Under the pieces are notes generated by a model. It saw only the letters and a program-made list of their open reading frames with translations, did no database searches and was not told the origin of the DNA. From Candidatus Pacearchaeota archaeon (GTDB taxonomy: Archaea; Nanobdellota; Nanobdellia; Pacearchaeales; GW2011-AR1), in contig JAGVXI010000013.1 in NCBI GenBank assembly GCA_018303855.1, positions 34,735-98,734 on the forward strand: 64,000 nt of DNA, read 5' to 3'. How positions within the stretch are numbered: position 1 is the first letter of the stretch; every line of letters begins with the position of its first letter. Of this stretch, positions 39,644-48,868 are shown one piece after another. Position numbers and translations under genes: made by a program.

Positions 39644-39775
39644 TTCAGTTTTTAGCCTCTTTTGTTTGCATTTAATTTAAAGAATTAATAAGTATTAAAA
39701 TGTTACTTGTTGTTAAATAATAACTCGTTATGGAAGTTAAGCTAGTAAATTTAGCTTAATCTTTTTCCCTAACCA

Positions 39776-42028
39776 TCACAACGCCTTATCTTTTTTAAAT
39801 TTTTCTAACAAAAGCCTTGCTGAAAGATATGCCAAAGTAGATTCAGCTCCCTGATTAAGATTAACTGAAAATCTACCCAACCCATCATAACATCCTCCAG
39901 TTGATTCATTATACATCATCTGCTTAAGATAATTTTTACCTAAAAACCAGTTAAATGAAATCACGGCATTCTCATAATATTTCTTATTGCCAGTAACAGA
40001 ATATGCAGTTAAATAGGTGCTTACCATTGAAGAAGCATCAACTGGTTGCTGGTCAAAAAAAGCTCTTTTGCCGTCTTTATTATACCATCCATTTTGTCCA
40101 ATAAGGGATAATTCTCCACCAACTATTAAAAGGCTTGTTAAAAAATCAAGAGTTTCTTTGGCAATATCAAGGTATTTTTTATCTTTTGTTGCAAGATAAG
40201 AATAAAAAAGTGCTTCAGGAATCTTTGAATTAGAATATGTAAGGTATTTTTCAAACCATTGCCATTGCTCTGAAGATTCTTTGTTGTATGATTCAACTAA
40301 GCTGTCTGATAACCTCTTTATTAATGCAAGATTTCTCTTGTGCGAAAATTTTTTGTTGTAGTAATACAGAGCCATGATTGAAAATGCTTTTGCCCTAGGC
40401 GACCTTAATTTTTCAAACCAAGAATAAGCCCTGTTAAATATTGTTTCTGCTTTTTTTGTCACTTCTCCATTATTTTCATTGTTTTCGTTATTTAATTCAC
40501 TTATAGCATAGCTTAAAGATAACATAGCTCTTCCGTATGAATCCTCGCTATAATTCTTGTTTAATTTATTTCTTTGCTGAGAAATATGATTTATAAACTT
40601 CCCAGATTCTTCCTGGCTAAACCCTAAAAAATTAAGATGGGTTTTTATCAGTTCCATAGAAAAGTCCTGATTGTATAATTGATAATGCCGTGTAGCTACA
40701 ATTAATGCTCTTGCATTGTCATCAACAGTATAGCCGGAATTTTTATCTGGATGAAAATGCTCTGCAAATTGTATTATTCCAAAATCATCTGTCAATCTCT
40801 TGAGATGATTTAATTTTATTATAGGGTATTTTTCTGTAACTTCTTTCTTAACTTCAACTATCTGATTGAATATTCTTAAATAAGAAGCAGCGACATTTGA
40901 CCAAGTCATTTGTCTTGTGTTAGCATAAGCATTTTGTTCCAACCTTTCTTTAAATTCAGGGTCAGATAAAATATCATTAACTGCTTTAACATAAGACTCA
41001 GGCTCTTTAAACTCAACTAAAACTCCCCTGTCTGCAGTTAAAAGTTCTTCTGCATATACACTTGGAGTTGAAACTACAGCTTTACCGCAGCCAGTAGCAT
41101 AAGCCAAAGTTCCAGAAACTATCTGATTCTTGTCAAGGTTAGTGCATACATAAACATCACTCGCTAAAAGATATTCAATTAATTCCTGTAAGGTTAAATA
41201 CCTGTTATAAAATTTAACATGTTCCTCTAATTTTAATTCTTTAACAATGTTCATTAAGTGATTTCTGTATTCTTCACCTTCCTCTCCTCTAACTACTGGA
41301 TGTGTCTCTCCAATAATAAGGTAATTAGCTTCAGGATGGTTTTTTATTATTTCAGGCATAGCTTTAATCATGTATTCTATGCCCTTACCCCTGCTTAACA
41401 TTCCAAAAGTGGAGATTATCTTTTTCCCATCTAACCCAAGCTTTTTTTTGTACTTCTCAGCTGATTGCAAAGATACATTTGGAATTCCATGGGGTACAAC
41501 ATGAATTTTTTTAATATTAATTTTGTAATGATTATCTAAAATTTCTTTGGCTTTTTTTGCCATAACAATTACTGCCGCACTTTTTTCAATAATCGCTTCA
41601 ACAACTCTTTTTCTTTCTTGATCTGGAAAAGGCAAGATACTATGAAAAGTTGTAACAACTGGTTTTTCTAATGTTTCAATAAAAGGTATGATATAATTTC
41701 CATACTCGCCGCCAAAAATTCCAAATTCATGCTGTATACACACGATTTTTATTAATTGGGATTTGTTTATTTTCCTCGCGAGGTTTATGTAATCTGAGAT
41801 ATTGCTGCCGTCTATCTGCATCACAACTCTACTGTCATAATTTCTTAATGTTGTATCATTTTCATTTATCGCAACAACCCTTGATTTTAAGCTTGGGTTA
41901 AATCTTTTATTCATTGCGGTAGCAAGATCTCTGGTAAATGTAGCTATCCCACATTCTCGGGGAGGAAATGTTCCAAGAAAGCATATTTTAGAATTGTCTG
42001 TTTCCCGATGAGCTTTTTGTTTATGCAT
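39776..42028 (-). CDS. bifunctional-looking protein: N-terminal GT4 glycosyltransferase fused to C-terminal (alpha/alpha)6 glycosidase-like domain
   Basis: The N-terminal 400 aa has GT4 blocks (STFGMLSRGKGIEYMIKAM, TGCGKAVVST). The C-terminal 350 aa has six-hairpin-like blocks (FAEHFHPDKNSGYTVDDNARAL, GGCYDGLGRF). Confidence 0.6.
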   Translation of the reverse strand: MHKQKAHRETDNSKICFLGTFPPRECGIATFTRDLATAMNKRFNPSLKSRVVAINENDTTLRNYDSRVVMQIDGSNISDYINLARKINKSQLIKIVCIQHEFGIFGGEYGNYIIPFIETLEKPVVTTFHSILPFPDQERKRVVEAIIEKSAAVIVMAKKAKEILDNHYKINIKKIHVVPHGIPNVSLQSAEKYKKKLGLDGKKIISTFGMLSRGKGIEYMIKAMPEIIKNHPEANYLIIGETHPVVRGEEGEEYRNHLMNIVKELKLEEHVKFYNRYLTLQELIEYLLASDVYVCTNLDKNQIVSGTLAYATGCGKAVVSTPSVYAEELLTADRGVLVEFKEPESYVKAVNDILSDPEFKERLEQNAYANTRQMTWSNVAASYLRIFNQIVEVKKEVTEKYPIIKLNHLKRLTDDFGIIQFAEHFHPDKNSGYTVDDNARALIVATRHYQLYNQDFSMELIKTHLNFLGFSQEESGKFINHISQQRNKLNKNYSEDSYGRAMLSLSYAISELNNENNENNGEVTKKAETIFNRAYSWFEKLRSPRAKAFSIMALYYYNKKFSHKRNLALIKRLSDSLVESYNKESSEQWQWFEKYLTYSNSKIPEALFYSYLATKDKKYLDIAKETLDFLTSLLIVGGELSLIGQNGWYNKDGKRAFFDQQPVDASSMVSTYLTAYSVTGNKKYYENAVISFNWFLGKNYLKQMMYNESTGGCYDGLGRFSVNLNQGAESTLAYLSARLLLEKFKKDKAL

Positions 42029-42160
42029 TTCAATGTCCTCTTTTGCTGTAATTCACTGAACTTTCAGGCATTCAAAAGTTTTAAATGTTTCTCTGCTGGA
42101 GAATAAATCTTTCAGTAGCGTATTTTTAGAGCAATTAATAGAAACATAATCTTATTCTCT

Positions 42161-42439
42161 TTAAGTATTTTTTATTGCCTTATTCAGTTCCTTTATCACT
42201 TCCTCTTCTGATATTGAACTACTTTTTCTCCATTGCTCTTTGTAATCTTTCAAGATAATTATAGTTGGTATAGAAAGAATCTTGTATCGTTTTATTAAGT
42301 CATCATTTTCATCAACATCAACCTTAACAAATTTCACCTTATTTTTATACTTTGGGATTACATTGGATGCTAATGCCTTGTCTAAGATAATGCATGATGA
42401 ACACCATTTTCCTGTAAAATCCAACACCTTTAGTTCCAT
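42161..42439 (-). CDS. thioredoxin-fold protein with WCSSC active site
   Basis: FTGKWCSSCIILDK and cis-Pro region ILSIPTIIIL. Confidence 0.6.
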   Translation of the reverse strand: MELKVLDFTGKWCSSCIILDKALASNVIPKYKNKVKFVKVDVDENDDLIKRYKILSIPTIIILKDYKEQWRKSSSISEEEVIKELNKAIKNT

Positions 42440-42440
42440 T

Positions 42441-42806
42441 TTACCTATTCAACAAAGCCTCCTCAATTATCTTAACCCCAAGATATCTATTGTTTTTGAA
42501 TTTACTTGCAACATAGATTACAATTGGCCTTTCTATTTCTCCAAGACTTTTTTCAAACAATTTGTCTATTTTTCCATTTTCTTTAATTGCTTTCCATAAG
42601 TTAATTGGTTCTTGCCCATTTTCACTTTTAATTATTGAGGCAATTTTCGGGATTATTACCTCAAGAGCTTTTTGTATTTTTTCTTTTAGATGCTCCTCGT
42701 CATACTTACTGCCCTTGTATTCCTTTACAAATTCAATAGATAGATTCTGAATTCCTTGCATTTTCTTACTTTGAACTGTCAACAATTTCTTTGATGTCCA
42801 TTTCAA
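42441..42806 (-). CDS. hypothetical protein
   Basis: 121-aa ORF between thioredoxin and DUF302. No motif. Confidence 0.3.
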   Translation of the reverse strand: MKWTSKKLLTVQSKKMQGIQNLSIEFVKEYKGSKYDEEHLKEKIQKALEVIIPKIASIIKSENGQEPINLWKAIKENGKIDKLFEKSLGEIERPIVIYVASKFKNNRYLGVKIIEEALLNR

Positions 42807-43155
42807 CCCACTCAGCTTCTTCTTTGCTTACCTCTGGAAAGAATTGGGAGATTATTGTAGGTTTCATTCCAACAATTTTTACTCTCCCGCCTTCTTCTAA
42901 AACGTTTATTTTACATGGCATACAAAGAGATATCAACCTGTTTTTATTAAGAAAATTATTTGCATGTTTTCCAGAGCAAATCTCAATTATCTTTAATGGT
43001 TTCTGCTCAAAACCTTTTGCTGCTAATCTTTCTTTAACATCATAAATCTGAAACAAACTCCAGCCTTTTTGTTCAACAGCTTTTAAAATAGACACAACAG
43101 CTTCATCAAAATTTTTGTCTGTTTCAACAACATATGCAAAATCTTCTGTTTTCAT
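42766..43155 (-). CDS. DUF302-domain protein (cassette A)
   Basis: 129 aa, about 85% identical to 54019-54408. KGWSLFQIYD...LKIIEICSGKHAN fits DUF302. Confidence 0.65.
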   Translation of the reverse strand: MKTEDFAYVVETDKNFDEAVVSILKAVEQKGWSLFQIYDVKERLAAKGFEQKPLKIIEICSGKHANNFLNKNRLISLCMPCKINVLEEGGRVKIVGMKPTIISQFFPEVSKEEAEWVEMDIKEIVDSSK

Positions 43156-43367
43156 CTTTTTCTTATGTCAGAATTTTGTATTTGCTTAATTAGCCATACT
43201 ATAAATAAGATTAAAGCAATAAAAACAAGGGTCATAAATAACCATCCAAATAACCACATTCCTCCAAAGCCCACCATCCCCATGCTTCCAAAACCAAATC
43301 TCCAAAAACCTAAAAATAATAAAAGAACAGATACTATGATTACAATTATTAAATTATCGTCTTTCAT
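43152..43367 (-). CDS. small Gly/Met/Trp-rich membrane protein (cassette A)
   Basis: 71 aa with GFGSMGMVGFGGMWLFGWLFM and C-terminal VWLIKQI. Paralog at 53382-53594. ATGA overlaps with neighbours. Confidence 0.45.
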   Translation of the reverse strand: MKDDNLIIVIIVSVLLLFLGFWRFGFGSMGMVGFGGMWLFGWLFMTLVFIALILFIVWLIKQIQNSDIRKR

Positions 43368-43636
43368 TTTCCTTTTTGATTAGCCATCAAAGATTTAACA
43401 AGCCAGACAATAACTGCCACTATTAAAACAAGTAATAAGGTGTTTACTAATACAATTGTAACATTAAAAGAATTTTTATAAGAGTCATAATAACCTGGAT
43501 AATTATTCATCATTCCTCCTCCAGAACCCCCCATATTCATCATCATTTGCATCATGCCACTCGATTCACCACAATAAATTCCTTTAGCCATGTTTATATG
43601 AACCTGTCTTAAACTTTCACTTCCTTCTCCACCCAT
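43364..43636 (-). CDS. Met/Gly-rich tail-anchored small protein (cassette A)
   Basis: MGGEGSESLRQVHINMAKGIYCGESSGMMQMMMNMGGSGGGMM... then a C-terminal TM. The first 32 codons are 100% nt-identical to the paralog at 54405-54737. Start chosen at the internal ATG preceded by GGAG. Confidence 0.5.
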   Translation of the reverse strand: MGGEGSESLRQVHINMAKGIYCGESSGMMQMMMNMGGSGGGMMNNYPGYYDSYKNSFNVTIVLVNTLLLVLIVAVIVWLVKSLMANQKGK

Positions 43637-43823
43637 CTTCTCCAGGATGCATTTGTTCCATGTAATAATCCCCAATAGCCTCGAGTTGTTCATCTGTGAG
43701 TTTATCACAACTAATTCCCGAATCTACAAGCTTTTTTGTTTCAGTAAGGTTATGCTCATGGGCAAGCACAAATGCACTAAATAGCATAATCAATAACACT
43801 ATAGGCAGAGCTATTTTTTTCAT
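43617..43823 (-). CDS. small secreted protein with signal peptide (cassette A)
   Basis: MKKIALPIVLLIMLFSAFVLAHEH... then SCDKLTDEQLEAIGDYYMEQMH. AGGAG sits 7 nt upstream. The 3-prime end overlaps the Met-rich gene by 20 nt in the +1 frame. Confidence 0.5.
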   Translation of the reverse strand: MKKIALPIVLLIMLFSAFVLAHEHNLTETKKLVDSGISCDKLTDEQLEAIGDYYMEQMHPGEDGWRRK

Positions 43824-44398
43824 TTTTCTCCTGTGTCTTTTGTTAAGACAATCCCATAATGATACGGTTTTAAATCATATTTCATTGGATGATTAAACCC
43901 GGAATTTACAGCTAATTCAATGCTTTGTTCTGGCTTAAGCCTAAGTTCCATTGGAGGTCCTCTGGGAGTTGTAGGGTCATAATTCCAATGAATAATCCCA
44001 ACCCTCCTTTCTGGTTTTAAAATTCGATAAGCTTCTTCAAGTAGTTTATTTGGCCTGTCTTTAATAAGAATATTAAAAAGAATAACATAATCAACACTTT
44101 CGTCTTCAAGTCCAGTGCCATCTGACATAAAATCACGAAGAATTGCTTTAACATTCTTTAATTTGTGCTCCCTTGCTTTTCTTTGTGTCTCTTTAATCAT
44201 CTTTGGCTCTATATCAAGAGCATAAACTTTTCCCTTTACAATTTTTGCAGCAGGTATGGTAAATATGCCGTAACCACAACCAAAATCAACCAAATTCTCA
44301 ATTTTCTTGTCAATTCCCATTACCTTAAAGATTCTTTCCACATCAAAGAATTTTCTCCACATTTTTTCTTGTGGCATTCCACTTTCCCTAACTTTCAT
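43820..44398 (-). CDS. small class I SAM-dependent methyltransferase (cassette A)
   Basis: VDFGCGYGIFTIPAA (motif I), ALDIEPKM and VGIIHWNY. 192 aa. 72% identical to 55705-56268. Confidence 0.65.
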   Translation of the reverse strand: MKVRESGMPQEKMWRKFFDVERIFKVMGIDKKIENLVDFGCGYGIFTIPAAKIVKGKVYALDIEPKMIKETQRKAREHKLKNVKAILRDFMSDGTGLEDESVDYVILFNILIKDRPNKLLEEAYRILKPERRVGIIHWNYDPTTPRGPPMELRLKPEQSIELAVNSGFNHPMKYDLKPYHYGIVLTKDTGEK

Positions 44399-44723
44399 TT
44401 TTGCTCCTTATTTTTTTGATTAACTTCTCATTTTTTTTAAGCTGTTTAAATAAAATGTCCCTCATAATGTCGCAGGCTTTAATCATCTCTGGATAAGCTA
44501 AGCTATAGTAAATATTCTTGCCGTTTCTTTTTGTTAAAACAAGATTTTTCTGCCTTAAGATAGTAAGGTGCTGTGAGATAGTTGACTGGGAAATTTTAGT
44601 AAGATTCACTAACTCGCCTACATTTCTTTTCTTATTTCTTAATAGATTTATGATCTCCAATCTTACAGGATTTGAAAGCGTTTTACATATTTCAGCATGA
44701 ATTTCATATAATTCTTTGTTCAT
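44388..44723 (-). CDS. ArsR/SmtB family transcriptional regulator (cassette A)
   Basis: LSNPVRLEIINLL...VGELVNLTKISQSTISQHLTILRQKNLV is the ArsR HTH. About 90% identical to 56265-56600. Confidence 0.7.
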   Translation of the reverse strand: MNKELYEIHAEICKTLSNPVRLEIINLLRNKKRNVGELVNLTKISQSTISQHLTILRQKNLVLTKRNGKNIYYSLAYPEMIKACDIMRDILFKQLKKNEKLIKKIRSKNES

Positions 44724-44894
44724 ATCATATTAGGATATTCTAATATTTAAATATCTTTCGCTTATTTGTTGTATATAATACAGCGCATGTTTAATGACTT
44801 TCCAATAAGATAAAAAGAGACATCTGTTAATAAAAATAAGTTTATCATAAAAAATAAGCAGTATTATAGTAGTAATTAGTTAAAAGTATTGTTA

Positions 44895-45662
44895 TTAAAA
44901 AGCATTAATCTCCCCCCCAACTTCCAAAATCCTTCGCATGAGCCTTTCAGCTGGCAGATGCTTTGTACTGAGAGGAACAAAAAAATTCCCCTTTACTCTT
45001 TTTTTGTCAGCACTCACAGAAATCCCAGCAGAATTAATCAGCTCCTTATCATTGTAATTATCTCCAATTGCAAGAACATTCTTCTTTTTTAGTTTTAAAA
45101 GTTTAATTAACTTCTTTAACCCAACTGATTTTGTTTGTTTGCCTTTCAATCCAATATCATAAGCTTCGCTGTTCCATATAAAATACAGCTCTTTATGTTT
45201 AGAAATAATTTTTTCTATTGCTTTAACTCTCTTTTTGCAATGAATTGTTATTGTAAACTCCTTTGGCTCAAATCCTTTTATGCTTTTGCTTTTAATCTGC
45301 CTTAACTTTTCAAAAACTTCTTTTAGTCGTGAAAAGCTGTTAACATGTTGATAAACCTTGCCGTTAAACCATGTTGCACTTCCATTTTCATATGTTAAGC
45401 TCATATAAAGCAAAACATCTGCAAACATTTTTTCAAGCATATATAAGCCTCTTCCAGAATTAATGTTAATGTAAAAGCCTTTATTGTGAAGCTGTTTAAT
45501 CAGTTCAATCTCGCTTTTAGGAATTTTTTTAATTTTAATGTTAAGATATTGCCCATGCTGGCTTATTTCAGTTCCTCTTGGTACAAGAATGCCGTCAACA
45601 TCAAATACAATTAACTTAATGTTTTTTATGTCCTCTTTTTTTAGCTCACTTAGGGGGTTCAT
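44895..45662 (-). CDS. HAD-superfamily hydrolase, subfamily IIB (Cof-like)
   Basis: LIVFDVDGIL (motif I) and VLAIGDNYNDKELI (motif IV). Confidence 0.65.
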   Translation of the reverse strand: MNPLSELKKEDIKNIKLIVFDVDGILVPRGTEISQHGQYLNIKIKKIPKSEIELIKQLHNKGFYININSGRGLYMLEKMFADVLLYMSLTYENGSATWFNGKVYQHVNSFSRLKEVFEKLRQIKSKSIKGFEPKEFTITIHCKKRVKAIEKIISKHKELYFIWNSEAYDIGLKGKQTKSVGLKKLIKLLKLKKKNVLAIGDNYNDKELINSAGISVSADKKRVKGNFFVPLSTKHLPAERLMRRILEVGGEINAF

Positions 45663-45766
45663 TATTATAAATAAACCACGTATAATTATTTTATAAAGTT
45701 AAGCATGAGGTTAATTATTTAAACATAGTTTGCTATGTTAATGCTATAGTAAATTAAAAGAGGAAA

Positions 45767-45917
45767 AATGATAAAACCAAAATGCAATATATGCAAAAAA
45801 GAGCTTAATGATTTTGGAGCTTTGCTTTTTTCACCTCCAGACAACAAAAACAAAGTTGATAAAAAGCATATTTGCAAAGAATGCTATAACAAATTAAAGG
45901 AAGAGTTTGGGTTGTAA
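45767..45917 (+). pseudogene. small zinc-ribbon protein split across two frames (apparent +1 frameshift near 45840)
   Basis: Frame 1 gives MIKPKCNICKKELNDFGALLFSPP... and stops at 45857. The adjacent frame gives ...NNKNKVDKKHICKECYNKLKEEFGL* ending 45917. Together they form a clean CxxC-N24-CxxC ribbon. Read by eye, so coordinates are approximate. Confidence 0.3.
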
Positions 45918-46458
45918 GATGAAAAAGAAAGATGGGGATCGGCTACAAATATACCTCATAAGACATGGTGAAAAAGACAAAGAAGGAAAGCATCTATCTC
46001 AAAACGGAATTAAACAATCTAAACTATTAGCAAAAGAATTAAGTAAAATAAAATTTAATAAGATTTATTCAAGTGATTTAGAAAGATGCATAGAAACGAC
46101 TAATCTTCTAAATAAAAAATTTAAGATAAAGGTGCTTTACAAGTCTGGGTTAAGGGAGGTTAAGGGAAAAGTTAAGGAATTTCCTAAAAAACATAAAAAA
46201 GAAATAAGCAATATAAAAACAGTTTATAACAAATTAATAAAAGAAAAGGGAAAAATTCTTGTTATTAGTAGCGGAATTGTGAATAGGATATTGTTGAGCA
46301 TGTTCCTAAAAATAGAGCCAAGCAAGGCAAATTTTATTCAAAATCCAACAGGGGTTAATTTAATTGATAAAAATATAGAAAAGAACAGATTTAGAATTTT
46401 ATACATGAATAGCACTTCCCATCTTCCAGATAAATTAAAAATAAGACAGATAGAATAA
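45907..46458 (+). CDS. histidine phosphatase (phosphoglycerate mutase-like) family protein
   Basis: LQIYLIRHGEKD is the RHG motif. Confidence 0.55.
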   Translation: MGCKMKKKDGDRLQIYLIRHGEKDKEGKHLSQNGIKQSKLLAKELSKIKFNKIYSSDLERCIETTNLLNKKFKIKVLYKSGLREVKGKVKEFPKKHKKEISNIKTVYNKLIKEKGKILVISSGIVNRILLSMFLKIEPSKANFIQNPTGVNLIDKNIEKNRFRILYMNSTSHLPDKLKIRQIE

Positions 46459-46472
46459 TTGTTACAAATAAA

Positions 46473-47231
46473 ATGAAACACATCTCACTTTCAAAGATCA
46501 CAACTCGCGGAAAAGCTCTTTATTTAGCTTATGACCAAGGAATAGAACATGGTCCCTCAACTGACTTTAATGATAAAAATGTCAATCCTCTTTATATTTT
46601 AGACATTGCAAAAAAAGGAAAATTCAATGGGATTGTTTTTCAAAAAGGCATTGCTGAAAAATACAACAAGGAGATAAGAAAAAGCAAAGTTCCTTTGATT
46701 TTAAAGTTAAATGGAAAAACAAAGTTGTTTAAAGGCGAGCCATTGTCAGCTCAGATTTGCAGTGTTGATGAAGCTATTAATCTTGGAGCAAAAGCAGTTG
46801 GTTTCACAATTTATGTTGGAAGCCAGCACGAAGAACAAATGCTTGAAGAATTTGCAAAGATTGAATCCCAAGCTCATAAAAAGGGCTTGCCTGTTATTGC
46901 CTGGATTTATCCTCGCGGAAGTTCAGTAAAAAAATACTATTCTAAAGAGCTTATGGCATATGCTTCCAGAGTTGGTTTGGAAATTGGAGCAGATATTGCA
47001 AAAATAAACTACAATGGCAATCCAAAAGATTTGCAATGGGCTGTTAAATCAGCTGGCAGATGCAAAGTAGTAATTGCCGGCGGTGTTAAGTTAAGGGAAA
47101 AAGAATTTTTGAAGCAAGCCAAAGATATAATGCAAGCTAGTTGCATGGGCTTAGCAGTAGGAAGAAATGTCTGGCAGGCTAAAAAGCCTTTGGAAGTTGC
47201 GAGGAAATTAAAGAGGATTGTTTTTGGATGA
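46473..47231 (+). CDS. class I fructose-bisphosphate aldolase, archaeal type (DhnA/FbaB family)
   Basis: GADIAKINYNG contains the Schiff-base lysine region. 252 aa, between the glycolytic neighbours. Confidence 0.65.
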   Translation: MKHISLSKITTRGKALYLAYDQGIEHGPSTDFNDKNVNPLYILDIAKKGKFNGIVFQKGIAEKYNKEIRKSKVPLILKLNGKTKLFKGEPLSAQICSVDEAINLGAKAVGFTIYVGSQHEEQMLEEFAKIESQAHKKGLPVIAWIYPRGSSVKKYYSKELMAYASRVGLEIGADIAKINYNGNPKDLQWAVKSAGRCKVVIAGGVKLREKEFLKQAKDIMQASCMGLAVGRNVWQAKKPLEVARKLKRIVFG

Positions 47232-47334
47232 AAGTAATTTTATTTTCGACTTTTAGCAATCGCAACATTTAAATAGTAATATCAGTTGATATTATCATAA
47301 CTTTGTATAAAATTTAGGTAAAATTTGTTAGAAA

Positions 47335-47640
47335 ATGGCAGCACAAATAAAACAAAAAAAACCATATGCTGATATAAATAATATAGCGAGAAGTCCAACG
47401 CTCCAAACAGTTTTAATGGTTGAGAAATTTATTGATAATAATAGCGGGGAGTATAAAAAAACAGATTTATTCAAAAATCTACCAAGGAAAGTAATGTGGC
47501 AAACTTTTCAAGTAATAATGGAATACCTTGAAAGCATATATAAAATAGTGTATGATAGAGATGGTTATGTTGTATATATCTGGAACCCAGAGTTTGCTGC
47601 AAGGTATAAAAATAGAGATGATTTAGAATGGAAGGAATAA
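47335..47640 (+). CDS. hypothetical protein, possible antitoxin of downstream RelE-like gene
   Basis: It overlaps the downstream gene by 13 nt. No motif. Confidence 0.3.
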   Translation: MAAQIKQKKPYADINNIARSPTLQTVLMVEKFIDNNSGEYKKTDLFKNLPRKVMWQTFQVIMEYLESIYKIVYDRDGYVVYIWNPEFAARYKNRDDLEWKE

Positions 47641-47951
47641 TTATATTCTCTGGTGGAGAGTTAAAAAAAGCTTTTGAGGATCTTAAAGAAAAAGACCCTA
47701 AATTACACAGGCATATTGAAAAAGCTCTTTCTGAAATTCGAAGCAATGTTTTTTGTGGTAGAAATGTAAAGAAAAATTTAATCCCCAAGATATTAATTCA
47801 AAAGTATAATATAAACAATCTTTGGATTTATAATCTTCCAGAAGGCTGGAGACTGTTATATGCCCTTACATCACCAGATAAAATTAAAGTTTTAGCAATT
47901 ATCCTTGATTGGATGAGCCATAAAGATTATGAGAGGTTATTTAAATTTTAA
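47628..47951 (+). CDS. RelE/ParE-like toxin-fold protein
   Basis: NLWIYNLPEGWRLLYAL...VLAIILDWMSHKDYERLF resembles the RelE/ParE C-terminal core. Confidence 0.4.
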   Translation: MEGIIIFSGGELKKAFEDLKEKDPKLHRHIEKALSEIRSNVFCGRNVKKNLIPKILIQKYNINNLWIYNLPEGWRLLYALTSPDKIKVLAIILDWMSHKDYERLFKF

Positions 47952-47952
47952 A

Positions 47953-48573
47953 ATGCTCCTCATTGCCAACTTCAAAAACTACAAAAAAGGAAAAAATGCA
48001 CTTAAACTAGCCAAGCTAATACAAAAGTATAACAAGCAAGCCCTAGTTGGTGTTCAATTTCAAGACATTAAATTAGTTTCCAGCAATACAAACCTAAAAG
48101 TTTATTCTCAACAGCTTACCAAAGAATTTAATGCTAAGAAAGTTAAGTTTTTAGGAGCACATGGAACTTTTCTAAATCATAGCGCTTATAAGTTAGGGCT
48201 TAATGATATAAAAAAATTAAATAATAAGTCTAAACAGGCTGGCTTGAAAGTTATTGTTTTTGCAGCAAACCTTAACGAAGTTAAGCAAATTAAGAAATTG
48301 AAACCAAATTACATAGCTTATGAAGACCCAAAACTTATTGGAACAGGAAAAAGCATAACAAAGTACAAGGGAAAAAATGTTGAAAAGTTTGTAAGATTGC
48401 TCAAAGGCACAAAGATTATTCCTGTTTGCGGTGCTGGAATTAGCTCTATTGATGATGTGAAACAAGCTAAAAAGCTTGGATGCAAAGGAGTTGCTATTGC
48501 AAGTGCGATTGCTAATGTTAAAGAAAAAGAAGCAGAGGAATTTTTAAAAGAAATAAAAAGTTTTAATGAATAA
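47953..48573 (+). CDS. tpiA: triosephosphate isomerase, archaeal type
   Basis: LLIANFKNY, FLGAHGTFLNHSAY, YIAYEDPKLIGTG and CGAGIS match archaeal TIM blocks. Start at the internal Met. Confidence 0.75.
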   Translation: MLLIANFKNYKKGKNALKLAKLIQKYNKQALVGVQFQDIKLVSSNTNLKVYSQQLTKEFNAKKVKFLGAHGTFLNHSAYKLGLNDIKKLNNKSKQAGLKVIVFAANLNEVKQIKKLKPNYIAYEDPKLIGTGKSITKYKGKNVEKFVRLLKGTKIIPVCGAGISSIDDVKQAKKLGCKGVAIASAIANVKEKEAEEFLKEIKSFNE

Positions 48574-48626
48574 GAGTTTAAAAATAAAAAAATTTATAAG
48601 TACAATATGGTTTAATACAGCATAAA

Positions 48627-48857
48627 ATGCCAGTAACAATTTATTCAACATCAACTTGTCCTTTCTGCAAGGCAGCAAAGTCTTTTTTTAAAGAGCATAA
48701 AATAAAGTTCAAAGACATTGATGTTTCTAAAAATAAAAAAGCAGCTGAAGAAGCTTATAAAAAATCAGGGGTAAATGCTGTTCCGGTTATTGATATAAAT
48801 GGGATAATAATTATTGGATTTGATCAAAATAAAATAGAAAAAGCACTTAAATTATAA
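48627..48857 (+). CDS. glutaredoxin-like protein (NrdH/Grx, CPFC)
   Basis: VTIYSTSTCPFCKAAKSFF, 76 aa. Confidence 0.65.
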   Translation: MPVTIYSTSTCPFCKAAKSFFKEHKIKFKDIDVSKNKKAAEEAYKKSGVNAVPVIDINGIIIIGFDQNKIEKALKL

Positions 48858-48868
48858 AAGAAATAAAA

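Noticed and set aside
43364-43708. Full-length track ORF for the Met-rich protein with a 24-aa N-terminal extension (and the 37-aa and 33-aa extensions on 54405-54848 and 54718-55017)
   Set aside because: The extensions begin at non-ATG codons and are not conserved between the paralogs. Internal ATGs coincide with the conserved cores and SD-like sequences, so shorter gene models were preferred.
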